Part shown: one piece after another, positions 1 to 9,699 of the stretch
Layout: every line of letters starts with the position of its first letter
How positions within the stretch are numbered: position 1 is the stretch's first letter
Origin: an uncultured bacterium
GTDB taxonomy: Bacteria; Cyanobacteriota; Vampirovibrionia; Gastranaerophilales; Gastranaerophilaceae
Assembly (NCBI GenBank): GCA_902475545.1
Contig: CABRZP010000003.1
Coordinates: 72,422 to 136,421 of the forward strand
Length of the DNA stretch: 64,000 nt
Direction: 5' to 3'
The notes under the pieces: model-generated
What the model saw: only the letters and a program-made list of their open reading frames with translations
Told to the model about the DNA's origin: nothing
Databases searched by the model: none
Program-made: the position numbers and the translations under genes

Positions 1-149
1 TCAAAACGAAAAGGAGGTTCTTTCTATTTAAACTATAACGAATTTGGTGTTAAGAAAAGGTGTTATTCAAATTTCTCTAATCTAAAAATGGGCAAACGAT
101 AAAACTTCAAACTCCCCCTAATCCTTCATTACCCTAATTGTAAACTCAC

Positions 150-187
150 GGGGCTATTGTTGAAAAACAAGCCCCCTTCTTTTTTAT
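150..187 (+). terminator. Rho-independent terminator-like hairpin
   Basis: GGGGC..GCCCC plus TTGT/ACAA stem around a GAAAA loop, followed by CTTCTTTTTT. Probably ends a transcription unit coming from outside the window. Confidence 0.5.
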
Positions 188-270
188 TAAATCGGGAAAT
201 ATTATTAAATAATCACGAAAGGGCTTAAGGTAAGATAAAGTTGAGAAAATTAGTGCTAGAAGGAAGGTTG

Positions 271-489
271 ATGAAATTATCGAAAAAGGAACATGCTGTT
301 TTGACTTTAATTGCATGCGGTTTTACTGATAAGGAAGTAGCATCTAAACTCAAAATTTCTATAAGAACCGTTCAAACACACATGTCCTCGATAATGTTAA
401 AACTTAATGCCAAAAATAGAGTAAATGCAGTTGTTGTTTATATGCAGCGAAATCCGAAATGGAAGATAGAAGAAAGGTTAGTTTTATGA
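271..489 (+). CDS. LuxR/GerE-type HTH domain protein (DNA-binding domain only)
   Basis: LSKKEHAVLTLIACGFTDKEVASKLKISIRTVQTHMSSIMLKLNAKNRVNAV matches the GerE/LuxR C-terminal HTH pattern. AGGAAGG lies 5 nt upstream of the ATG at 271. The ORF track opens at TTG 241. Confidence 0.7.
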   Translation: MKLSKKEHAVLTLIACGFTDKEVASKLKISIRTVQTHMSSIMLKLNAKNRVNAVVVYMQRNPKWKIEERLVL

Positions 490-986
490 TTAAACGGATT
501 ATTTTACACTGGACGGCAGGAAGGTACTACCCTACACAATTTGAAAAACAGTATTATCATTATTTGATAGACAAAGAGGGTAAAATTTATAACGGAATTT
601 ATAAACCTGAAGATAATGAAAATGTTAACGATGGAAAATATGCAGCACATACAGGCGGTGGAAATACCGGCTCTATTGGTGTTGCTATGTGTAGCATGTA
701 TGGATTTAAGTCGCCATCTTATGTCGGTGATTTTCCGATTACACCTATTCAATTTGAATCTTGTATGGATTTTTGTGCAGAACTTTGCTCAAAGTATTCG
801 CTAAATATCAGTCAAGAAACTATTATGACTCATTATGAATTTGGTCAGAAAAATCCGAAAACTTCAAGTTTCGGAAAAATCGATATAGTTTATCTCCCGC
901 CATACAGTTGGGTAGCTAAAAAAGATATTGGCAGTTTTATACGCTCAAAAATTCGATGGTACGCAGAAAAAAGAATGAAAGGTTAA
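486..986 (+). CDS. N-acetylmuramoyl-L-alanine amidase (Amidase_2 / T7-lysozyme-like endolysin)
   Basis: IILHWTAG...AAHTGGGNTGSIGVAM...THYEF resembles PGRP/Amidase_2 zinc amidases. Alternative start at 459. Overlaps the stop of the LuxR-like gene. Confidence 0.75.
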   Translation: MIKRIILHWTAGRYYPTQFEKQYYHYLIDKEGKIYNGIYKPEDNENVNDGKYAAHTGGGNTGSIGVAMCSMYGFKSPSYVGDFPITPIQFESCMDFCAELCSKYSLNISQETIMTHYEFGQKNPKTSSFGKIDIVYLPPYSWVAKKDIGSFIRSKIRWYAEKRMKG

Positions 987-996
987 AGGTTGTATT

Positions 997-2517
997 ATGG
1001 ATATTAATTATTTTGATTTATCAGGCGGTATAAATCAAGCATCAACAAAAACTGAACTGGGTACAAATGTTAAAACAGTTTATTGGACAGATTCAAAAAA
1101 TATTGAAATATATAACAACAGAGGTATTATTAAGCAAAAAGGGAATACATTATTCCTTGAATTACCCGAACCTGAACCTATTATCGGGATGCATGAAATG
1201 GAGTCTGACAACTCTTTTAAGTTGATAATTATTACAGCTTCCGGCAAAATTTATATCTATAAAGAGGATTCAAATTCTTTAACCTTGTTAGAAAAAACTT
1301 TAACAGGTTCAAATATTAAATTTGCAAATTTCTTACGAGGTATTGTTATTGCAACAGAATCAGATGAAATGTTTTACATTAAAGATAATAATGCTTCAGA
1401 TATTGTTAGCTGCAATTTTAAAGATAAATCCGGTAATATTATATATCCTGACTGTATATGCATTTATAGAGGACGATTGTGGTGTGCAAAAGAATCCACT
1501 GTTTATTATTCTGCACTTGGTACTTATGATAATTTTGAACTTGAAAACGATGCAGGTTACATAAATGATTTTCATACTGATACAAATAATATTATTGGAA
1601 TGCAAAATTATAAAGGCTATCTTGCTATTTATAAAAAAGATAAAGTCTATCTTCTTAGCGGTTCAAACCCAACTGATTTTGCAGTTACACCTTTTGCAGA
1701 TAAAGGGACAATTGCAAGTAATTCATTAATAAATGTTGATAATAAACAGTATTTTTTAAGCAACGGAATTTATGCTTTAGAGCAAGTTGGAGAATTAAAT
1801 CAAATTCGTCTTGGCGGAGAAATATCAATGGCAATTAAAGATGAGTTTTATAGTTTTGATTCTTCAAAGCTAAAAAATACAATAGCACTACATTATCAAA
1901 ACAAAAGTCAAACATGGTTTTTATTTCCTTATCTTGGTGATAAATATTATCATACTATATGGATAAATGATTATGTAAATAAAGCATGGTACAAAAGAGT
2001 ATTACCGCAGAATATTACAACAGCCTGTAATTTTAATTCTTATATACTTACAGCAGATGATAACGGACGAATTTATAAAGAAGATTTTGGGACAACCTTT
2101 GATGGTAAAAGTATAAACTTTCTTTGGAAATCGCCATTCTTTTCTTTAGGAAATGTGCATCACAGAAAACTGATTGATGAATTTTACTTTATTCTTGATG
2201 ATGTGAATGATAACAAATTCAAGTTTTCTGTATTCAAAGATTATGATAGTAATTATTCGGAAGATGAAGAATTTATTACCTCAAGACATTATAATCATTT
2301 AATTTGGGCTGACAATGAATCACCTGATAAGATTGAATATTGCTGGAGTACCGAAAATAGTGAAGCACCTATTTGGTCAATTAATACCGACGTTTTAGAA
2401 AAAGCAGAAATTTATGGAAGCTGTTACTCTGTTCAACTTTGTATTGAAGGAGATAATTTTGATGATAACTGTGCTATTATCGGCCTTCAATTTAGAGAAA
2501 TCTATAACGACGACTAA
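997..2517 (+). CDS. Phage structural protein, possibly P22 gp10-like tail hub / stabilisation protein
   Basis: 506 aa. NIIGMQNYKGYLAIYKKDKVYLLSGSNPTDFAVTPFADKGTIA resembles from memory the IIGIGTWRDFIVCFG...KGIAG...TPFAD segment of P22 gp10. Lies directly upstream of the coat gene. Confidence 0.4.
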   Translation: MDINYFDLSGGINQASTKTELGTNVKTVYWTDSKNIEIYNNRGIIKQKGNTLFLELPEPEPIIGMHEMESDNSFKLIIITASGKIYIYKEDSNSLTLLEKTLTGSNIKFANFLRGIVIATESDEMFYIKDNNASDIVSCNFKDKSGNIIYPDCICIYRGRLWCAKESTVYYSALGTYDNFELENDAGYINDFHTDTNNIIGMQNYKGYLAIYKKDKVYLLSGSNPTDFAVTPFADKGTIASNSLINVDNKQYFLSNGIYALEQVGELNQIRLGGEISMAIKDEFYSFDSSKLKNTIALHYQNKSQTWFLFPYLGDKYYHTIWINDYVNKAWYKRVLPQNITTACNFNSYILTADDNGRIYKEDFGTTFDGKSINFLWKSPFFSLGNVHHRKLIDEFYFILDDVNDNKFKFSVFKDYDSNYSEDEEFITSRHYNHLIWADNESPDKIEYCWSTENSEAPIWSINTDVLEKAEIYGSCYSVQLCIEGDNFDDNCAIIGLQFREIYNDD

Positions 2518-2581
2518 TTAAAAATTATTCACCACTCATAACGTTTTGTACAACTATTTGTAAAATGAAAGGAAGAGAAAA

Positions 2582-3475
2582 ATGACAGATTTTACAACAA
2601 CTTATGGTGCTTTTATTCCTGAAATTTGGAGTAAAAAGCTGAACAACATGTTAGAAAAAAATTGTGTTATGCTTCAATGCGTTAACAGAAATTGGGAAGG
2701 CGATATCAAACAGCAAGGTGATAAAGTTAAGATTATTACCCCTGCGGATGTTACTGTTTCAACTTTAACTTCCAGTGATATTGCATACTCATCTCTTACT
2801 CCGACATCAATGGAATTAGAGATTGATCAGAAAAAATTCTTTGCATTTAAAATTGACGATGTTGCTAAAGTTCAAACAAATGGCGATATTATGGAAGCAC
2901 ATCTTAATAATGCGAAAAAAGCAATAGAAGAAGTTCAAGATTCTTATTTACTTGCAATGCACACAAATGTAACTGAAGCTAACACAGTAGGTTCAGAAGC
3001 ATCACCAATTACATTAAACAAATCTACTATTTATGAAAACTTTGTCAAATTGTCATTAACATTAAAAAATTCCGATGCTGTATATGCAGGAGTTCGCCCT
3101 TGGGTTGTAATTAACCCTAACATTGAAGCATATTTACTTCAAAGCCCTGAATTTATTAGTGCACATAACGTTGCCGATAAGACCTTAAGAGAAGGTTCAA
3201 TTGGCAGAATTGCAGGTATGGATGTACTCGTAAGCACTAATTTAACCGAGGTTAACGGCAAATATTATATTTTAGCAGGTACTAATGATGCTATTACTTT
3301 TGCATCTCAACTTGCTAAGATTGAAAGTTTAAGAGACAAAGATAGCTTTTCAGATTTAGTAAGAGGATTGTATTTGTATGGTGCAAAAACAGTTCAACCT
3401 AAAGCTTTAGCAAAAATGATTGTTTCAACCACCAGTGCTGCAGATACTTCTTCAGATCCGGACGGGCAGGAATAA
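2582..3475 (+). CDS. Major capsid protein (P22-coat-like / HK97-fold)
   Basis: 297 aa. N-terminal FIPEIWSKKLNNMLEKNCVMLQCVNRNWEGDIKQQGDKVKI is typical of the P22_CoatProtein family. Strong RBS, and a 13-bp hairpin follows the gene. Confidence 0.7.
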   Translation: MTDFTTTYGAFIPEIWSKKLNNMLEKNCVMLQCVNRNWEGDIKQQGDKVKIITPADVTVSTLTSSDIAYSSLTPTSMELEIDQKKFFAFKIDDVAKVQTNGDIMEAHLNNAKKAIEEVQDSYLLAMHTNVTEANTVGSEASPITLNKSTIYENFVKLSLTLKNSDAVYAGVRPWVVINPNIEAYLLQSPEFISAHNVADKTLREGSIGRIAGMDVLVSTNLTEVNGKYYILAGTNDAITFASQLAKIESLRDKDSFSDLVRGLYLYGAKTVQPKALAKMIVSTTSAADTSSDPDGQE

Positions 3476-3493
3476 AGCTAAGGCTAAATTATT

Positions 3494-3523
3494 GATGTAC
3501 TCTCATAAAAATGAGAGTACATC
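3494..3523 (+). terminator. Perfect 13-bp hairpin after the capsid gene (attenuator or mRNA stabiliser)
   Basis: GATGTACTCTCAT-AAAA-ATGAGAGTACATC. No clear T-run follows, so it may be a processing or stability element rather than a full terminator. Confidence 0.5.
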
Positions 3524-3548
3524 ATACTCAAAAGATAGGAGTATCTAA

Positions 3549-3797
3549 ATGTTTGAAAATATAAAAAATAGAATTAAACAACTGGCAAAAGATGCGGTTT
3601 TTATTGCAGAACAAAAGCTTGGTACAGGTAAAGGACAAGAAAAAAAGAAAATGGCAGTTAATTATATTGTTAACCGTCTTCCCTTTTCCGGTACTGTCAA
3701 AACTATAATTTCACTTCTATTATCAAGTTTTATTGATGATGCTGTAGAAATTGCAGTAACATACTTAAAATCTTTGCCGGAAAATAAGGAGAATTAA
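3549..3797 (+). CDS. Small phage protein, possibly holin-like (LL-H holin family resemblance)
   Basis: 82 aa. GKGQEKKKMAVNYIVNRL...IISLLLSSFIDDAVEIAV resembles the conserved core of LL-H type holins. Weak call made from memory. Confidence 0.3.
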   Translation: MFENIKNRIKQLAKDAVFIAEQKLGTGKGQEKKKMAVNYIVNRLPFSGTVKTIISLLLSSFIDDAVEIAVTYLKSLPENKEN

Positions 3798-3801
3798 ATT
3801 T

Positions 3802-4458
3802 ATGCAAAATCAATTAAACGGACAATCTATGAATGGTATTTCATCGCCTGCCGTTAATCCGCAGACGAATCTTTCGGCAAATTATGTCGATATAATTAAA
3901 CAGCTGGAAATGGCAATAAAATCTGATGTCCAGCGAGTAGTATTTCTTACACAACAAGGTACAATTAATGAAACTCAAGGACAGGCTCTTTTGACTCAAT
4001 TGGCTAAAAAAATGGACGAAATTAACAAATGTAAGAATACTATTGGTCAGATTAATCAACCTGTGCAGTCTGTAAATCCTGCAGTTCAATCACCTATGGA
4101 TTTATTTAATGCAGAAAAACCGGGCTTTTTTGATGGTCCGGGAAGGGCTGATGTGCTAAATTATATCAAAGATTTGGATATGGATAAAGATGAAATATCA
4201 AAAATAGCTCAACTTGTCGAAAATTTAGAAAATTTAGCAGTTGATGGCTATTTGAAAAAATCCGCTCACGAAAAATCATTGAATGACGAGAACTATGCTG
4301 CCAAAAGTAAATTGACATCTTATGCTCAAAATACTTCCGGAAACAGCGGAATTGATAGGATTTTCACCCGTGAGGATATCGGCAGAATGAGTGGCGAAGA
4401 ATTTGCTAAAAACGAAAAGTTGATAATGGATCAAGTTAAACAGGGGCTTATCAAGTAA
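3802..4458 (+). CDS. Putative scaffolding protein
   Basis: 218 aa, Q/E/K-rich and helical-looking, next to the coat gene. Strong RBS AAGGAG. Confidence 0.4.
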   Translation: MQNQLNGQSMNGISSPAVNPQTNLSANYVDIIKQLEMAIKSDVQRVVFLTQQGTINETQGQALLTQLAKKMDEINKCKNTIGQINQPVQSVNPAVQSPMDLFNAEKPGFFDGPGRADVLNYIKDLDMDKDEISKIAQLVENLENLAVDGYLKKSAHEKSLNDENYAAKSKLTSYAQNTSGNSGIDRIFTREDIGRMSGEEFAKNEKLIMDQVKQGLIK

Positions 4459-4487
4459 ATTTTTAGCTGACAAAACAAAAAGTTTGG

Positions 4488-4521
4488 ATAGAGGTTAGTT
4501 AAAACCTCTATTCGGCTTTTT
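4488..4521 (+). terminator. Terminator-like hairpin
   Basis: ATAGAGGTT-AGTTAA-AACCTCTAT followed by TCGGCTTTTTGT. Confidence 0.5.
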
Positions 4522-4539
4522 GTACAAAAAGGAGATGTG

Positions 4540-5178
4540 ATGAATTTTTTAGAACTTATTAATAAATGTTTATTAGAATTAAATTATAAAAGAGTCAGTT
4601 CTTTTTCTGAGCTGGTAAAAAACGATCATACAAAGATTAAAAATATTATTAATCTTATTAATAAAGAAATTTGCTTTATTGAAAATTGGGATTTCCTATT
4701 GCGTAAAACTTCTATAAACTTGCCTAAAGGAGCCTCAGAAGTAAAAAATACTATTAATGGGCGTATTTTATATTTATTTATTGATAATAAGAAATACGAA
4801 TATAGTGAAAATATTGAAAGATTTCTAACCGGTAAAGATGTTTCAGGATTATATTCCTGTTTAGGTGATAAGCTTTTATTGCCGGTTTTTGATACTGATA
4901 AAACTATAGAAATTGTTTATTATACACATTGTAACATTGTAGATGAGCATGGAAATGAAAAATGCAATTTTGTATCAGATAAAGACGAATCATTAATCCC
5001 CATGCCTTTTGCTGAACAACTTCTTGTGTATGGAACATGCTTAAGAATGAAAGCTAATCCTCAATATATAAAATTTTCTTACTGGATGAGCATGTACAAA
5101 GAGGCTCTGGCTAATCTGAAATCAAAGTGCTGTATTTCGGCTAAAAGTACTCCTGAGGTTCATTTACACCGTAATTAG
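4540..5178 (+). CDS. Phage hypothetical protein (head-completion or adaptor position)
   Basis: About 212 aa ORF with AAGGAG upstream. No motif recognised. Confidence 0.55.
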   Translation: MNFLELINKCLLELNYKRVSSFSELVKNDHTKIKNIINLINKEICFIENWDFLLRKTSINLPKGASEVKNTINGRILYLFIDNKKYEYSENIERFLTGKDVSGLYSCLGDKLLLPVFDTDKTIEIVYYTHCNIVDEHGNEKCNFVSDKDESLIPMPFAEQLLVYGTCLRMKANPQYIKFSYWMSMYKEALANLKSKCCISAKSTPEVHLHRN

Positions 5179-5305
5179 AGCAAAAAAAACAGGAAGTCGT
5201 TTTCATTCCCCCCTGTTAAGATTTACACTAGCCGAAATATAAATAGCATGTATATTATACAAATTATTTGATAAAAAAACAAATTATGATAAGAAATGTA
5301 AAGAG

Positions 5306-5740
5306 ATGAAACATTTAACAACACAACAAAAACGCTTTGTATCTGAATATATAAAGTCACTGGATGGTGAATATGCATTGATACAAGCAGGTTACAAAAC
5401 AAAAACACCTAAGAGCTTTTCCCAAGAATTACTTTCAAAAGATTATATTGTGAGAGAAATTAATGCACAGCTAAAGTATCAGATTAAATCTTTAAATGTA
5501 CAAAAGGGATATGTTATTCAAAAACTTTTGCAAATTGCTGAATTTTCTTTAGAGGAAGAAGATATTCTGGATAAAGAGGGTAATTACACAGGCAAGAAAA
5601 AACTTAGAGATTCTTCTGCAGGTTTAAAAGCTCTTGAAAGTCTTTGTAAATATTTGGGATTTTCTTCCGGAAATTATGATAACAACTATCGGGAAGCTAA
5701 AATTATTACTATTTCAAATCTTGATGATGAAAAAATTTAA
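5306..5740 (+). CDS. terS: Terminase small subunit (Terminase_2 / P27 family)
   Basis: LTTQQKRFVSEYIKSLDGEYALIQAGYKTKTPKSFSQELLSKDYIVREI is the classic N-terminal pattern of Terminase_2 small subunits. Confidence 0.8.
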   Translation: MKHLTTQQKRFVSEYIKSLDGEYALIQAGYKTKTPKSFSQELLSKDYIVREINAQLKYQIKSLNVQKGYVIQKLLQIAEFSLEEEDILDKEGNYTGKKKLRDSSAGLKALESLCKYLGFSSGNYDNNYREAKIITISNLDDEKI

Positions 5741-6105
5741 TGAAAGGAAAATTTATGAAACAAGATAAAAAAATAGAAGAAATTCTTTTGAATGACGAAA
5801 GTTATGAAAATTTTGTTAATTCAAAACTTGAAAAAGATTTTGAAAATGAAATTTCTTCTGTTCCAAAACTTAAAAACGAATTTATAACAAATATTAAAAA
5901 TGTTCCTGTTGAAAAACTGTTTTCAAAAAATGCGGTATATATTGTTATGAACAAAAATAGCAAAACAAAATCATATATAAACGGTATTCAGGCAGAGGCT
6001 TTTCTTGCGTCAGATAATATTTCGAGAGAAAAATTGATGTCGCATCAAACTGATTCATTTGTGCATAATGAATGTTATATAAAATTTTATAAACTGAAAG
6101 TATAA
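5740..6105 (+). CDS. Phage hypothetical protein
   Basis: 121 aa. Its ATG overlaps the terS TAA (TAATG), suggesting translational coupling. Confidence 0.55.
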   Translation: MKGKFMKQDKKIEEILLNDESYENFVNSKLEKDFENEISSVPKLKNEFITNIKNVPVEKLFSKNAVYIVMNKNSKTKSYINGIQAEAFLASDNISREKLMSHQTDSFVHNECYIKFYKLKV

Positions 6106-6110
6106 AATAT

Positions 6111-6665
6111 ATGTGCAAATTTGTTCAAATTATTTATAACCCCGGACATAATCTTTTTGCGAATTTGCACTATGTCCCGAAAGTTCAGGCTTGTTATTCT
6201 AAATATGTAAAATATCTTCATGATGATTTTGTCAACTTTGAGAGTGATATTTATCGTTATTTGGAGCATTGCTTTCCTTATATCTGGGCAATTACGACCT
6301 ATGACGACCAATTTATGGGCTTTGTGTCTCTTGATAATTTGGTTGGCGGAAAAATATGCGGTAAAAACGGTAATATTGAAGATATTAATTACAGTGCGGA
6401 ATTAACAACATGTTTTGAAAAACAGGCATGGGGAATTTTCACCAGATATAGTGCAAAGTTTTTTTTGAAAAAATGTTTTGATGAACTCGGGTTATATAAG
6501 ATAAAGGCTCAAATATATCCTGATAATTCTCGTATAGCAACTCTTTTAAAATCTTCAGGTTTTGAATACGAAACAACTTTAAAATCTGAAACTTTGCGAA
6601 ATGGAAAGCCGCAGGATATTGATGTATACGGTCTTTATAGAAATTATTATTACAAAACGAGGTAA
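6111..6665 (+). CDS. GNAT family N-acetyltransferase (RimJ/RimL-like)
   Basis: C-terminal LGLYKIKAQIYPDNSRIATLLKSSGFEYETTLKSETLRNGKPQDIDVYGL matches the Acetyltransf_3 pattern (ri.a.v...N..S......GF..EG........g...D...y.l). Confidence 0.65.
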   Translation: MCKFVQIIYNPGHNLFANLHYVPKVQACYSKYVKYLHDDFVNFESDIYRYLEHCFPYIWAITTYDDQFMGFVSLDNLVGGKICGKNGNIEDINYSAELTTCFEKQAWGIFTRYSAKFFLKKCFDELGLYKIKAQIYPDNSRIATLLKSSGFEYETTLKSETLRNGKPQDIDVYGLYRNYYYKTR

Positions 6666-6668
6666 ATT

Positions 6669-8345
6669 ATGGAAAAATATAAAAATAAATTATCATTAGA
6701 TATCAACTATCATGATGAACAAATTTTGATGGATGATATTATTCAAAAATATGATTATTACGAAGATAACCGCTCTTCTCAATTGTCAGATAACAGACTT
6801 ATTAAATATGCAATTTATAATTCTGATATTCCGAAAGTAAATGCATGGGATTGCAAAATTGAACTTCCTGAAATTTATGAACTAGCCCAAACATTAAAAT
6901 CCCATATTGTTCAGAATCTTTATTCTCATCCTGATGGAATGTTTGATGTTTCAGGAGTAGATAATAAAACGCAAAAATTTGCGAATAAGCAAAAAGCTAT
7001 GCTTGTTAATACCTTTGAGTTAATGGGCATAGAAGATGAAATGGAAAAAATTATTGATTCAGTTGTTGAAACCGGTGAAGTTACCCTTTTTGTCGGTTGG
7101 GAAACTAAGACCAAAAAGGTTAGAAGACCTTTAACTCTTGATGAGCAGCTGCGTGATAACACATCAGATTCTTTTGTTGTTGAAGATAGAATTGTCTATG
7201 ATAATGCAAAAGTTAAATTTATAAATTATGAAGATTTTGTATTTGATAAGAACGGTGTCGATAATTGGGATAATTGTTCAAAGATTTATCGTACATATCA
7301 AAGTTTTGATGATATCAAATCAAATAAAGCAAATAATAAATTAAATGTAGAAAAGTTGGAAATGTTAAAAGGAGTGATGGCAAAGAGAAAAGGTAAAGAT
7401 GATAATAAATTTGCAAGCCCTAAAATCGAAGTGCTTGAATACTGGGGAGATATTGAACTTCCAAGTGGTGAAGTATTGAAAAATAAATTGGTAGTTATTG
7501 CCGGCAGATGTGCAATTATTCGTTTTGAAGATAATCCGTTTATAATTAATCCGTTTATCCATGCCAATATCATAGAATGTCCAACAACAGGACGCGGTAT
7601 TTCCCCTTTAAGAGTTGCATTGATTTTAAATAATATTTCATCAACTATATTGAATAAACAACTGGATGCTCTTGCCCTTATGATGAACCCTCCATATTTA
7701 GCACCAAAAGGTTGTTTTAAAGGACAGCAGGATGTTAGTCCGGGAAAAATTATAGAATATGATTCATCATTGATGACAACTTCTCCAATTCCGCTTGCTT
7801 TTGATAAAGCTATGACAGGCTGGGATTTCTTAAATTATTTTAAAGCTACAATTGAGAGTGCTACAGGTATTTTCAAAAATATGGCTGGTAATGTTCAAGC
7901 TTATGACAGAACAGCAACAGAAATTAATTACTCTGTAAATGGGCAAGAAGCACGTTTGAATATGATTTTGGAATCTATTAATCGTAAAGTTATTGTTCCT
8001 ATGGTTGAAAAAACTGCAGAACTGATTTCAAATTTTAAACTTGGGAAAGAAAATATTTTAATAAATGATAGAGGAAAAACTCTAAGTATAGAAGTTGATG
8101 ATGATATAAGGAATTCTACATACGTATATCGTTATGGTGACAGAAAAGCCTCTTTTGAAAGAAAATCTAAGTTAAAAGAACTATTTGAAGTAGTTCAATC
8201 TTTTGCTCAGATTCAGACTGTTTCTGCTCGAATTGACTGGATTGAGTGTTTTAAATTTGCACTTGAACAGTATGGAGTTGAAAATGCTAATAATTTTTTG
8301 ACAGATGAAATGTCTGCTGAAAATAAGCAAGGAACATTGGCTTAA
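6669..8345 (+). CDS. Phage portal protein
   Basis: 558 aa, between terS and terL. Size and position fit a portal. The call is contextual, with only weak motif recall. Confidence 0.6.
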   Translation: MEKYKNKLSLDINYHDEQILMDDIIQKYDYYEDNRSSQLSDNRLIKYAIYNSDIPKVNAWDCKIELPEIYELAQTLKSHIVQNLYSHPDGMFDVSGVDNKTQKFANKQKAMLVNTFELMGIEDEMEKIIDSVVETGEVTLFVGWETKTKKVRRPLTLDEQLRDNTSDSFVVEDRIVYDNAKVKFINYEDFVFDKNGVDNWDNCSKIYRTYQSFDDIKSNKANNKLNVEKLEMLKGVMAKRKGKDDNKFASPKIEVLEYWGDIELPSGEVLKNKLVVIAGRCAIIRFEDNPFIINPFIHANIIECPTTGRGISPLRVALILNNISSTILNKQLDALALMMNPPYLAPKGCFKGQQDVSPGKIIEYDSSLMTTSPIPLAFDKAMTGWDFLNYFKATIESATGIFKNMAGNVQAYDRTATEINYSVNGQEARLNMILESINRKVIVPMVEKTAELISNFKLGKENILINDRGKTLSIEVDDDIRNSTYVYRYGDRKASFERKSKLKELFEVVQSFAQIQTVSARIDWIECFKFALEQYGVENANNFLTDEMSAENKQGTLA

Positions 8346-8377
8346 CATAGAAATTCTACATATAGGATGTTGTAATT

Positions 8378-9667
8378 ATGAAATATAAATTGCTTAATGC
8401 TCAACGTGAATTTCTTGAAATCCCTCATAATTATTCCCTTGATGTGGCTGTATATCAGGGCGGGTATGGATCCGGTAAAACTTTTGCCGGATCTTTACTC
8501 GGGATACTTCTTGCTTTAAAGTTTAATGGAATTCGGGGGCTTGTTGGGGCCCAAACTTACACTCTTGTCAGAGATACTACCCTTCAAAGTTATTTTGAAC
8601 ATCTTAATAGTATGAAACTTGTTGACGGCGTAGATTATAAGTGGATAAGTTCGGAACAAAAGCTTGTTTTCCGTAATGGTTCTGAAATTCTTTTCAGACA
8701 TTTTGACGAACCTAATAAGTTAAAATCATTAAATTTGGGATTTGTTGAAATCGAAGAAATGTCGGATATTCCTTATGATACATTCAAAATGCTTCTTGCA
8801 AGAATGAGACAAAAAGTTTCTCCGGAGTGGAAGAGATTTACATATAGGATTTTTGGTCATACTAATCCTGAAATCCAGCAAGGTTGGATTTATAAAACTT
8901 TTTTTACAAATCCGCCGCCGAATTATCGTCTAATATGTGCACCAACAACCCAAAATGTTTATTTGCCTGAGGGATTTTGTGAAGAACTTAAAAAGCTATA
9001 TGACAAAAGTTATTATGAAACATTTGTTCTCGGCAGGACCGGAAATTATAATGAAAATCTTGTTGTCAAAGATTTTACTGATAAAAATGTTAGAGATATT
9101 CAGTATCAACGGGATTTGGATGTTCACATAAGCTGCGATTTTAACGTCGATCCTATGGCATGGGTTCTGGCTCACAAAACCGAAGACAAAGTATTTTATT
9201 TTGATGAACTTGTTATTGAAAATACTACAACATCGAAAACATGTGATGAATTTTATCGCAGATATCCTAATCATAAGGGTAAAGTTATTATCAATGGAGA
9301 CGCTTCAGGTGATAATCGAAGTTGTATGAGTGAATATACAAATTATGTAATCATTAAAAAGAAACTCGAATCGTTTGGTTATAATGTGGAAATTAGAATT
9401 AAAGCGTTCAATCCTCCAATTAAAAACAGGATAGCGGCTTTCAATGCCAAAGTTAAAAATGCTAATGGCGAAATTTGTTTATATATTTCTCCAAAATGTG
9501 AAAAACTTTTGTATAACATATATAATTTACGATATCAGGAAGGGTCTTCAAGAATTGATATTCCTACATATACTCAGATAAAGCAGTCGAAAGAATTAAA
9601 ATTCTTATCACATCCTTTTGATGCTGCATCCTATCTTGTTGATTTTTATTGGCCAATTGTTTTGTAA
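8378..9667 (+). CDS. terL: Terminase large subunit
   Basis: Walker A YQGGYGSGKTFAG and Walker B-like GFVEIEE. C-terminal nuclease-like region (ISCDFNVDP...INGDASG). 429 aa. Confidence 0.85.
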   Translation: MKYKLLNAQREFLEIPHNYSLDVAVYQGGYGSGKTFAGSLLGILLALKFNGIRGLVGAQTYTLVRDTTLQSYFEHLNSMKLVDGVDYKWISSEQKLVFRNGSEILFRHFDEPNKLKSLNLGFVEIEEMSDIPYDTFKMLLARMRQKVSPEWKRFTYRIFGHTNPEIQQGWIYKTFFTNPPPNYRLICAPTTQNVYLPEGFCEELKKLYDKSYYETFVLGRTGNYNENLVVKDFTDKNVRDIQYQRDLDVHISCDFNVDPMAWVLAHKTEDKVFYFDELVIENTTTSKTCDEFYRRYPNHKGKVIINGDASGDNRSCMSEYTNYVIIKKKLESFGYNVEIRIKAFNPPIKNRIAAFNAKVKNANGEICLYISPKCEKLLYNIYNLRYQEGSSRIDIPTYTQIKQSKELKFLSHPFDAASYLVDFYWPIVL

Positions 9668-9699
9668 AAACCTGTTATTAAGAAAGGAATTATTTTAAT

